A stretch of 45,464 bases of DNA, taken from assembly GCA_035572355.1 (NCBI GenBank), contig DATNAT010000329.1, positions 1-45,464 on the forward strand, in the 5' to 3' direction. Position numbers and translations under genes: made by a program. The DNA comes from Gemmatimonadaceae bacterium. Lineage in GTDB: Bacteria > Gemmatimonadota > Gemmatimonadetes > Gemmatimonadales > Gemmatimonadaceae. Shown piece after piece: positions 1 to 7,672 of this stretch (its first letter is position 1; each line of letters opens with the position of its first letter). Under the pieces are notes generated by a model that saw only the letters and a program-made list of their open reading frames with translations, did not search any database and was not told where the DNA came from.

Positions 1-446
1 GCGTCGGTCTTGGCGAGGCTCTGCGTGACGACGAGCGGCACCGCGAACTTGATTCCGTGCGGCGCGAAGTCGTAGGCGACGGCCGAGCCGGCGCGCGCCG
101 TGACCGAGATCGTCGTCGTCGAGAGCACCGCGAGCGGCGGCACGACGACGGTGATGCCCGCCGCCGGAATGGACAGCACGCCGCCGAGGATCCCGATCCG
201 CTTTGACGCCGTGATGTCCGACGAGAGCGGCGTCGTGCGGTTGAGGGGCGTGACGGTCGTCGGAGTGCCGAGCACCGTGCCGAGGACGCCGCCGAGCAGC
301 GAATTATTGGCCGACGTCGGGGCAGCGATCGGTGCCGACGACGGGGCGGCCGGTGCCGGCGGAGCGACCGGACTATCGCCGCAGCCGCCGGCGAGCAGAC
401 CAGCGCTGAGGGTGGCGGCGATGGAGGCGAAGGAGCGGAAACGCAT
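1..446 (-). CDS. Lipoprotein, N-terminal part only (gene runs off the left edge of the window)
   Basis: A reverse-strand ATG at 446-444 opens MRFRSFASIAATLSAGLLAGGCGDSPVAPP..., which is a signal peptide plus a lipobox-like LAGGC. Third codon positions are strongly G/C and there is no stop before position 1. It is absent from the ORF track because it is truncated. Confidence 0.7.
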   Translation of the reverse strand, partial: MRFRSFASIAATLSAGLLAGGCGDSPVAPPAPAAPSSAPIAAPTSANNSLLGGVLGTVLGTPTTVTPLNRTTPLSSDITASKRIGILGGVLSIPAAGITVVVPPLAVLSTTTISVTARAGSAVAYDFAPHGIKFAVPLVVTQSLAKTD

Positions 447-509
447 CTGGGGGGTCCTCGGGGAGGTTGGGCGCGACGAGCTACGGGCCTGCAGTCGAGC
501 CCGCACCAA

Positions 510-525
510 AGCAGCCCTTGTGCCA
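510..525 (-). promoter_or_regulatory. Candidate sigma-54 (-24/-12) promoter for the lipoprotein gene
   Basis: The reverse strand reads TGGCAC-aaggg-CTGCT, against the consensus TGGCAC-N5-TTGCW. GG and GC have the correct 10-nt spacing, and the -12 element lies about 65 nt upstream of the ATG at 446. Confidence 0.35.
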
Positions 526-588
526 CTAACCCAAGTCATTGTTTTCAAAAGAGTTGACACGAAATGGCCATCTGCCAAGGAAGCCTTT

Positions 589-638
589 GGCGAAAAAATT
601 TTACACAGGCACGCCTGAACCTGTAAAAATTTTTCGCC
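589..638. terminator. Long A/T-rich imperfect inverted repeat; possible glpD terminator and/or protein-binding palindrome
   Basis: GGCGAAAAAATTTTACACAGG (589-609) pairs with CCTGTAAAAATTTTTCGCC (620-638). That gives about 18 bp with one 2-nt bulge and one A.A mismatch around a 10-nt loop. It lies 24 nt past the glpD stop (662-664). Confidence 0.45.
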
Positions 639-661
639 GCCGTTGGCGAGGGCGCGGCCGG

Positions 662-2305
662 TCAGCCGTCGATCGAGAACTCCTTCTCGATCTCTGATTC
701 AAACGCTCGTATCGCGCGCCCGCGCGCCAGACGGTCCCAGCCGAGCAGCGGCGCGACGGCTTCCGCCGCGCGCGCTGCCGCGCCGATGCCATGGTCCCGC
801 GACTGGTGGGCGAGGTGTGTGCGGCGAATGAGCAGATCGCCCAACGTGCACGCGAGCTCGGCCTCGACGGAGTAGCGCAGCTCGCCCGCGGTGTAGGGGA
901 GCTCGCTTTCCACGAGCTCGCCCCCACCGTCGGATTGGACCTCGCGCCAGACCTCGCGCCAGCGCGTGCCGTGTGCCCCAACCAACCGCGCGGCAAGCGT
1001 CTCGTCTTTCGTCAGCCGCGCCGCTTCTTCGACCAGCAGATCGACTGAGGCGAAGTCGCCGCCGGGCAGCGGAACGTCACGGGTGGGATCGCGACGCTTC
1101 ACGCGGCGGCCAAGCTGCTCGGCGACCGTGCGCACGACATCGCGCGCCATGACGCGGTAGGTGGTGAGCTTGCCTCCGGTGATCGACACGAGACCGCTCG
1201 CGCTCACCGCAACCGCGTGCTCGCGCGACACGCGGCCCGGCGACGCCGCGGCCGACGGCAGCAGCGGCCGGATTCCGGCCCACGAGCTCACCACGTCGTC
1301 GTCACGCAGCCCGGCGCGCGGAAAGTAGGCGTTGGCGGCTTGGAGCAGATACCGCACGTCGGCGCGCGTCGCGCGCACGGCGTCCGGAGACGCCGCAGTG
1401 AACGTGTCGGTGGTGCCGATGATCGCCTGCGCGCCGGCCGGCAGCACGAAGAACACGCGTCCGTCCGCCGGCACGAGCAGCGTGAGCGCATCCCGGTTGC
1501 CGACTCGTGCGCGCGGCACCGAGATGTGCGTCCCCTTGCTGCCGCGGACCGCCGCCCCGTCTGACCGTTCGGTCGTCGCCAATTCGTCGAGCGCGCGCAG
1601 GTCGTCGCTCCATGGGCCGGTTGCGTTCACCACGACACTCGCGCGCACGTCGAGCTCCGAGCCGGTGAGTCGGTCGACGACCGATGCTCCGGCGACTCGT
1701 CCGCCATCGACTTGAAGCGCCCTGACCGACGCGTGGTTGAGCATGACCGCGCCGGCCTCCACGGCACCGACCGCGTTGGCGAGTGTGAGGCGCGCGTCGT
1801 CGGTCGCCGCGTCGAAGTAGCGCGCGCCGCCGCGCAGCTCCTCGACGCGAAGCATCGGCTCGTGCTCGAGCACCCCGCGCGCTGACAGACGCTCGTGGCG
1901 CGCGACGTTTCGAAACATCGCGAGCGCGTCGTAAGCGAACAGCCCGGCGCCGAGCTTCAGACGCGACACGCGGGCGCCGGCGTACACGGGCCAGGTGAAG
2001 GCAAGCGGCCTGACGAGATGGGGCGCGAGGCGGAGCAGACGGCGCCGCTCGGCGCTCGCCTCGAAGACGAGATGAATCTGCCCGGTCTCGAGGTAGCGCA
2101 CGCCGCCGTGGACGAGGCGCGACGACCGACTCGAGGTGCCGCTGGCGAAGTCGCCCTTCTCGACCAGGGCGACCGCGAGCCCGCGAAGCGCCGCTTCACG
2201 CGCGACGCCGCAGCCGGTGATCCCGCCGCCGATGACGAGGAGATCGAACGAGCGGCTGCCGAGGGCCGCGAGTCGCTCGCGGCGAGTCGTCGCGTGGCCT
2301 TGCAT
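662..2305 (-). CDS. glpD: FAD-dependent glycerol-3-phosphate dehydrogenase
   Basis: The N-terminal dinucleotide fold reads FDLLVIGGGITGCGVAREAALRGLAVALVEKGDFASGTSSRSSRLVHGGVRYLE, typical of the GlpD family. I trimmed the start to the ATG at 2305 (MQGHATTRRERL...) because the longer ORF (to 2446) runs into the divergent thiolase gene. Confidence 0.85.
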   Translation of the reverse strand: MQGHATTRRERLAALGSRSFDLLVIGGGITGCGVAREAALRGLAVALVEKGDFASGTSSRSSRLVHGGVRYLETGQIHLVFEASAERRRLLRLAPHLVRPLAFTWPVYAGARVSRLKLGAGLFAYDALAMFRNVARHERLSARGVLEHEPMLRVEELRGGARYFDAATDDARLTLANAVGAVEAGAVMLNHASVRALQVDGGRVAGASVVDRLTGSELDVRASVVVNATGPWSDDLRALDELATTERSDGAAVRGSKGTHISVPRARVGNRDALTLLVPADGRVFFVLPAGAQAIIGTTDTFTAASPDAVRATRADVRYLLQAANAYFPRAGLRDDDVVSSWAGIRPLLPSAAASPGRVSREHAVAVSASGLVSITGGKLTTYRVMARDVVRTVAEQLGRRVKRRDPTRDVPLPGGDFASVDLLVEEAARLTKDETLAARLVGAHGTRWREVWREVQSDGGGELVESELPYTAGELRYSVEAELACTLGDLLIRRTHLAHQSRDHGIGAAARAAEAVAPLLGWDRLARGRAIRAFESEIEKEFSIDG

Positions 2306-2333
2306 TGCATCAAAGGTAAGCCAGTTTCCACGC

Positions 2334-3632
2334 ATGCCATCATTGGGCGGCCCCGGCCGGCGTGCGGCGATCATCGCCGGTGTGCGCACGCCGTTCGCGC
2401 GAGCGGGGACGGCGCTCAAGGACCTGACGGCGATCGAGCTCGGCAAGCGGTGTGTGTCCGAGCTGCTTCAACGCACGAACCTCGATGGCCGCGAGGTCGA
2501 GGCGATCATCTACGGCACGGTCGTACCGGCCGTCACGGCACCGAACATCGCCCGCGAGGTGTCGCTGATGCCGATGCTGCCCAAGAGCTGCGACGCCTAC
2601 AGCGTGAGTCGCGCTTGCGCCTCGGCCAATCAAGCGATCACCAATGCCGTCGACCAGATCGTGCTCGGCCACCACGACGTGGTGATTGCCGGCGGCGCGG
2701 AGTCACTGTCGAACGTGCCGGTGCTGCATTCGCGCGCCATGGCGTCCAAGCTCGTGGCCATGTCGCGGGCAAAGAGCGCGATGGCGAAGGCGCGCATCGC
2801 CGGGTCGGTACGACCGCGCGACCTCGTCCCGATCACGCCGGCGATCGCCGAGCCGTCGACCGGCGAGACGATGGGGCAGTCGGCGGAGAAGATGGCGAAG
2901 ATCAACCACATTCCGCGGGAAGAGCAGGATCAGTTCGCGCTGCGCTCGCACCGCCTGGCGGCGGCGGGAACGGCCGAGGGTACGTTGACCGCGGAGATCG
3001 CGCCGACCTACCTGCCGCCGCGGTACGCGACAGTGCTGGCGAGCGACAACGGCATTCGCACCGACACATCAATCGATCAGCTGCGCGCGCTCAAGCCGGT
3101 GTTCGACCGGCGCTACGGTACAGTGACGGCGGGAAACTCGTCGCCGCTCACCGACGGCGGCAGCGCAGTGTTGTTGATGAGCGAATCGCGCGCGCGATCG
3201 CTCGGCTACCGGCCGTTGGCGTTCGTGCGCTCGTACGCCTACGCGGCGCTCGATCCCGGCGAACAACTGCTCATGGCGCCGGTGCTCGCCGCACCGGTGG
3301 CGTTGGAGCGCGCCGGGCTCGGCCTCGGCGAGATGGACCTGGTCGAGATGCACGAGGCGTTCGCGGCGCAGGTGCTGTGCAATCTGGCGGGCTTCACCTC
3401 GCACGCCTGGGCGGAGCGAGCGGGGTTCGCCGAGCCGGTGGGCGAGGTCGATCGGGCGCGCCTCAACGTGATGGGCGGATCGATCGCGATCGGACATCCG
3501 TTCGGCGCCACCGGAGGCCGCATCCTCACGACGCTGGCCAACGAGCTCGTTCGGCGCGGCGGACAGTTCGGATTGATGACGGTCTGCGCCGCGGGCGGTC
3601 TGGGGCACGCGATGGTGATCGAGAGCGCATGA
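2334..3632 (+). CDS. fadI: Acetyl-CoA C-acyltransferase (thiolase), FadI-like
   Basis: The protein opens MPSLGGPGRRAAIIAGVRTPFARAG, followed by the active-site region SVSRACASANQAI and the C-terminal GGSIAIGHPFGATGGR...CAAGG thiolase signatures. I placed the start at the ATG at 2334 inside the 2136 ORF. Confidence 0.85.
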   Translation: MPSLGGPGRRAAIIAGVRTPFARAGTALKDLTAIELGKRCVSELLQRTNLDGREVEAIIYGTVVPAVTAPNIAREVSLMPMLPKSCDAYSVSRACASANQAITNAVDQIVLGHHDVVIAGGAESLSNVPVLHSRAMASKLVAMSRAKSAMAKARIAGSVRPRDLVPITPAIAEPSTGETMGQSAEKMAKINHIPREEQDQFALRSHRLAAAGTAEGTLTAEIAPTYLPPRYATVLASDNGIRTDTSIDQLRALKPVFDRRYGTVTAGNSSPLTDGGSAVLLMSESRARSLGYRPLAFVRSYAYAALDPGEQLLMAPVLAAPVALERAGLGLGEMDLVEMHEAFAAQVLCNLAGFTSHAWAERAGFAEPVGEVDRARLNVMGGSIAIGHPFGATGGRILTTLANELVRRGGQFGLMTVCAAGGLGHAMVIESA

Positions 3633-5797
3633 CGACCGACGCGCAGCGGTTGGCCGGTGGCCCGTCGCTCGCCACGCGGCTCGACGGCGACGTTCTCGTC
3701 GTGACCGTCGACCGCCCGGGCGAGGCGGTGAACACACTCGGCGCGTCGCTGATCGGCGAGCTGGAGGGGATCTTCCTGCGCGTCGATGAGGATCAGCTCA
3801 TCAAAGGGATGGTATTGGCCTCCGGCAAGCCCGACTCGTTCATCGCTGGCGCCGACATCGAGGAGTTCCGCCACGTGCAGTCCGCCGTCGAGGCCGAGCG
3901 GATGAGCCGGATGGGCCAGGACGTGCTCGTGCGCCTCGAGCGACTGCGGGTGCCGGTCGTCGCCGCGATCCACGGTCCTTGTTTGGGCGGCGGGCTCGAG
4001 ATGGCGCTCGCCTGCCGCTATCGCGTCTGCTCCGATGACGCCAAGACGGCCTTCGCCGCGCCCGAAGTGCAGCTCGGCATCATTCCAGGCATGGGCGGCA
4101 CGCAACGCCTCCCGCGCCGCGTCGGCCTGCAGGCCGCGCTCGACATGATCCTTACTGGACGGAGCATCCGCGCGCGGCGCGCGCTCCAGATGGGGCTCGT
4201 CGAAGAGATGGTGCATCCGGCGATTCTCCTCGACATCGCCGTGGCCCGCGCGCGATCGCTCGGCGGCGCCGGCAAACGCACCGGCCCGAAATTGCGCGGA
4301 CCGACCAATCTGCTGCTCGAGCACAATCCGCTTGGCCGGCGTGTCGTGTTTTCCAAGGCGCGCGCCAGCGTGATGGAGAAGACGCACGGCCACTATCCGG
4401 CGCCGCTCGCCGCGCTCGCCGCGGTCGAGGCCGGCTATTCCCGCGGAATGGAAGCGGGTCTGCGCGAGGAAGCACGCTTGTTCGGCGAGATGGCGGTAAC
4501 CGAAGTCTCGCGCCAGCTCGTGTTCCTGTTCTTTGCGAGCAATTCGCTGAAGAAGGATCCCGGCGTCGGCGGCAGCGCCGCGCACATTCCCGTGCCGCGC
4601 GATGTTCGCCGCATCGGCGTCCTGGGCTCCGGATTCATGGGCGCCGGCATCGCCTCGATCGCGATCCAGCACCATACCGTCGTGCGACTCAAAGACACGG
4701 ACGCCGCGCACCTCGGCAAAGGACTCGCTGCGATCCGCGACGTGCTCGACGAGCGCGTCGTCCGTCGGCAGATCACGCGCCCGCAGGCAGACGACCTCAT
4801 GACGCTCGTCGGCCCGACGACCGACTACTCCGGTTTCGAAGCGACGGACCTCGTGATCGAAGCGGTGTTCGAAGAGCTCGGTCTCAAACACCGCGTGCTC
4901 GAGGAAGTTGAACCGGCGATTCGGCGCACGACGGTGTACGCGTCGAACACGAGCACGATCCCGATCACGGCGATCGCCGAGGTAGCGCAGCATCCGGAGC
5001 GTGTGCTCGGCATGCACTTCTTCTCGCCGGTGCCCAAGATGCCGCTGCTCGAGGTCATCGCGACGCCGCTCACGTCGCCGGAGGCTACGGTGACGGCTGT
5101 CGCGTACGGCAAGCGCCTTGGCAAGACCGTGATCGTCGTCAACGACGGTCCCGGCTTCTATACGACGCGCACGCTGTCGGCCTACATGAATGAAGCGGGC
5201 CGCCTGCTCGACGAAGGCGTGCCGATCGACGCGATCGATGCGGCGCTGGTCGGCTTTGGGTTTCCGGTCGGCCCGATCACGCTACTCGATGAGGTGGGCA
5301 TCGACGTGGGGGGCAAGGTCGGGGCGGTGCTCGCCGACGCGTTCGGCGCGCGCATGTCGCCATCGGAAGCAATGCGTCGGGTGGTCGCAGCGGGACGCAC
5401 CGGCCGCAAGGGCGGGTCGGGATTCTACGAGTACGATGAGTCGGGTGAGAAGGGCGACGTCGACGACAGCGTATACCAGCTCATCGGTGCGACGCGTCGT
5501 GCGCCAACCGACGTCGACTCGGCGGAGATCACCCAGCGATGCGTGCTGGCCATGGTGAACGAGGCCGCGCTCTGCTTGCAGGAAGGGATTCTTCGTTCAC
5601 CGCGCGACGGCGACGTCGGCGCGGTCTTCGGGATCGGCTTCCCCCCCTTTCGTGGCGGGCCGTTTCGTTATGTCGACAGCGTCGGCGCCAACGAGATCGT
5701 AGAAAGAATGGAAGAGCTGAACGTTCGTTTTGACCCGCGATTCCGCCCCGCCGAGCTTCTGCTCGACATGGCGCGGGACCGACGAACGTTTTACTGA
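3629..5797 (+). CDS. fadJ: Bifunctional enoyl-CoA hydratase / 3-hydroxyacyl-CoA dehydrogenase, FadJ-like
   Basis: The crotonase part (FIAGADIEEF, HGPCLGGGLEMALAC, PEVQLGIIPGMGGTQRLPR) is followed by an NAD Rossmann motif (IGVLGSGFMGAGIA) and 3HCDH segments. The ATG at 3629 overlaps the thiolase stop (ATGA). The 1300-aa ORF from 1895 is a spurious upstream extension. Confidence 0.9.
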   Translation: MTTDAQRLAGGPSLATRLDGDVLVVTVDRPGEAVNTLGASLIGELEGIFLRVDEDQLIKGMVLASGKPDSFIAGADIEEFRHVQSAVEAERMSRMGQDVLVRLERLRVPVVAAIHGPCLGGGLEMALACRYRVCSDDAKTAFAAPEVQLGIIPGMGGTQRLPRRVGLQAALDMILTGRSIRARRALQMGLVEEMVHPAILLDIAVARARSLGGAGKRTGPKLRGPTNLLLEHNPLGRRVVFSKARASVMEKTHGHYPAPLAALAAVEAGYSRGMEAGLREEARLFGEMAVTEVSRQLVFLFFASNSLKKDPGVGGSAAHIPVPRDVRRIGVLGSGFMGAGIASIAIQHHTVVRLKDTDAAHLGKGLAAIRDVLDERVVRRQITRPQADDLMTLVGPTTDYSGFEATDLVIEAVFEELGLKHRVLEEVEPAIRRTTVYASNTSTIPITAIAEVAQHPERVLGMHFFSPVPKMPLLEVIATPLTSPEATVTAVAYGKRLGKTVIVVNDGPGFYTTRTLSAYMNEAGRLLDEGVPIDAIDAALVGFGFPVGPITLLDEVGIDVGGKVGAVLADAFGARMSPSEAMRRVVAAGRTGRKGGSGFYEYDESGEKGDVDDSVYQLIGATRRAPTDVDSAEITQRCVLAMVNEAALCLQEGILRSPRDGDVGAVFGIGFPPFRGGPFRYVDSVGANEIVERMEELNVRFDPRFRPAELLLDMARDRRTFY

Positions 5798-5822
5798 CGC
5801 TCTGGTACGATAAGGGCGCCCA

Positions 5823-5855
5823 CGCGGGTGAGATTTTTTCCTAATGTGACCCGCG
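5823..5855 (+). terminator. Weak hairpin downstream of fadJ (possible terminator or attenuator)
   Basis: CGCGGGTGAGATT (5823-5835) pairs with AATGTGACCCGCG (5843-5855) at 11 of 13 positions around the loop TTTTCCT. There is no clear U-tract after it. Confidence 0.3.
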
Positions 5856-5879
5856 CCACAATACACAGGTCTGTGCTTC

Positions 5880-6425
5880 GTGGAAGGTAGTTCAGACGCA
5901 GTGATCGTCGCCCGCGTCGTTCGCGGGGATGTGGAAGCGTTCGCCGCACTGGTCGAGCGGTATCGAGACCGGTACGCCCGCTACGCCTTTCACATGCTCG
6001 GCAACCGTCAGGACGCCGAGGAGGCGCTCCAGGACGCCTTCACGCGCGCCTATCGCTCGCTGGCTCGTTGCGAGGATCCGGAGCGGTTCGGTGCGTGGCT
6101 GTTTCGCATTCTCGTGAATCGCTGCCGAACGTTGGGTGCGCGGCGGGGTCGCCGTTCGCGCACGTTCGTCGTCGACGAAACGGCGCTGCTCGAGGCATCG
6201 GAGGAGCATCCGGCCGATCGGGCGGCGTGGCGCGAGGAAATCGACCGCGCCTTGCAGCAGCTCCGCGCGGAACAGCGCGAGGCGTTCTTGTTGAAGTACG
6301 TGGAAGAGATCGGTTACGACGAAATGTCGCAGATGACCGGAGTCGGCGTGTCGGCGCTCAAGATGCGCGTGCTGCGCGCCTGCGAGCGACTCCGCGAGCT
6401 GCTGAGCGAGGTGCACAGTGCGTGA
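5880..6425 (+). CDS. ECF-type RNA polymerase sigma factor (sigma-70 family group 4)
   Basis: Region 2 reads RYRDRYARYAFHMLGNRQDAEEALQDAFTRAYRSL...WLFRILVNRC. Region 4 reads REAFLLKYVEEIGYDEMSQMTGVGVSALKMRVLRA. It has a GTG start. Confidence 0.85.
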   Translation: MEGSSDAVIVARVVRGDVEAFAALVERYRDRYARYAFHMLGNRQDAEEALQDAFTRAYRSLARCEDPERFGAWLFRILVNRCRTLGARRGRRSRTFVVDETALLEASEEHPADRAAWREEIDRALQQLRAEQREAFLLKYVEEIGYDEMSQMTGVGVSALKMRVLRACERLRELLSEVHSA

Positions 6426-7005
6426 CGAGAACGAACTGCCGCTGCGAGAGATCGCGCGCGAGCTGCGAGAACCGGTGCCGGTGAGCGAATCGTTCGACGC
6501 GCGAGTCATGCGGGCCGTACGCGCGCTGCCGCGCCACCGATTTGGCTTCTGGCTGCGGCTCACCGCGCCGCGGACGATCACGATCAAGCCGCTCACGTGG
6601 GGCGTGCTTGCCGCGTCGCTCATCGTCTTTGCGGCGGCCGGTGTGCCGCGTGCGTTCGGTGCCCTGCATCGCGCCACACGGCCGATCGCCACGGCGCTCT
6701 TTCCGTCGTCGGCCAAGGCCCCGGTCAAGTCGCAGCGCGTGCAGTTCGTGCTCGTCGCACCGGACGCCAAGAAGGTTGCCGTGGTCGGCGATTTCAACGG
6801 ATGGGACGCGCAGCACGCTGAGTATCAGGCCAAGCACCGGGGCGGCGGAGTCTGGTCGGTCACGGCGCCCGTTCCGCTCGGCCATCACCGCTATTCGTTC
6901 GTCGTCGACGACAGCGTGTGGGTTGCCGATCCCACGGCCCCCCGCGTGGTCGACAACGACTTCGGGACGCCCAATTCGGCGATCGTCGTCGAAGAGCTGA
7001 AATGA
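6418..7005 (+). CDS. Putative membrane anti-sigma factor with C-terminal glycogen-binding (AMPK-beta/CBM48-like, E-set) domain
   Basis: The gene overlaps the sigma gene by 8 nt. It has one TM segment (LTWGVLAASLIVFAAAGV). The C-terminal VQFVLVAPDAKKVAVVGDFNGWD...GVWSVTAPVPLGHHRYSFVVDD..WVADP matches the isoamylase-N/AMPK1_CBM pattern. Confidence 0.65.
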   Translation: MRDENELPLREIARELREPVPVSESFDARVMRAVRALPRHRFGFWLRLTAPRTITIKPLTWGVLAASLIVFAAAGVPRAFGALHRATRPIATALFPSSAKAPVKSQRVQFVLVAPDAKKVAVVGDFNGWDAQHAEYQAKHRGGGVWSVTAPVPLGHHRYSFVVDDSVWVADPTAPRVVDNDFGTPNSAIVVEELK

Positions 7006-7616
7006 CCGCCGTCGGGCGCGCACTGCTCGCGCTCGCCGTCGTTGCCGCGCCGGCCTTCGCGCAGGACCCGCGGCTCGCCGCGCGGCTCGACAAGCCGACG
7101 CTGATCGCCGTGAACGCGATCGTCGATTCGGCGCGGGTGGCCAAGCTTCCCACGTCGCCGCTGGTCGACAAGGCGCTCGAAGGCGCGGCGAAGGGCTCGG
7201 ACGGTCAGAAAATCGTCGTCGCCGTGCACCAGCTCTCGCTGCGCCTGGGATCGGCGCGCCACGTCCTCGGCGCCGGCGCGAGCATCGACGAGATCAAGTC
7301 GGCTGCGGGCGCACTCGATGCCGGCGTCACACCGCACGATCTGGCGCGCATCCGCGCCGCGACGGGCAAGCGGGCCGTCACGATGCCGCTCGCCGTGCTC
7401 ACCGATCTGATCGAGCGCGGCGTGCCGATAGCGACGGCGACGAGCACCGTCATTCAGCTGGAGCGCTCGGGCGTCAAAGATCAGGAGCTCGCGATGTTCC
7501 AGCGCAACGTGCGCGCCGACATCGACCGCGGCGCCGATCCGGGAGTGGCCGCCACGACGCGCGCTCGCGGCCTCGTGCTCCGCTCCGGCGGCGCGCCGGA
7601 CAAGCCGGCGCAGTAG
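7002..7616 (+). CDS. Secreted hypothetical protein (third gene of the ECF module)
   Basis: The ATG at 7002 overlaps the upstream stop (ATGA). The signal peptide is MTAVGRALLALAVVAAPAFAQ. The rest is helical and Ala-rich, with no motif I recognise. Confidence 0.6.
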   Translation: MTAVGRALLALAVVAAPAFAQDPRLAARLDKPTLIAVNAIVDSARVAKLPTSPLVDKALEGAAKGSDGQKIVVAVHQLSLRLGSARHVLGAGASIDEIKSAAGALDAGVTPHDLARIRAATGKRAVTMPLAVLTDLIERGVPIATATSTVIQLERSGVKDQELAMFQRNVRADIDRGADPGVAATTRARGLVLRSGGAPDKPAQ

Positions 7617-7672
7617 CGGTTCCACGCTCCGGGCGGATAGCTTCCCCGTTCCATTGCTGATCGGGGCTATCA

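Noticed and set aside
100-618. A 172-aa forward ORF at the left edge.
   Set aside because: The reverse strand encodes a much more convincing lipoprotein N-terminus (signal peptide plus lipobox, high third-position GC). The forward ORF also runs through the A/T-rich intergenic region.
3239-5017. Long antisense ORFs opposite well-supported genes. They are 3239-5017(-), 7670-9505(-), 13023-15014(-), 27410-29086(+), 33524-35218(-), 41289-43079(+), 38048-39301(-), 43097-43852(-), 44039-44944(-) and 44518-45288(-).
   Set aside because: All are Arg/Ala/Gly/Asp-rich with no recognisable motif. Each lies opposite a gene with unmistakable family signatures. Such shadow ORFs are expected when third positions are G/C-rich.
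1895-5797. A 1300-aa ORF, the largest in the track.
   Set aside because: Only the last 722 codons (from the ATG at 3629) look like a protein (FadJ). The upstream 578 codons are Arg/Gly/Asp-rich, run antisense to glpD and out of frame through the thiolase gene. This is typical open-frame carry-over in high-GC DNA.
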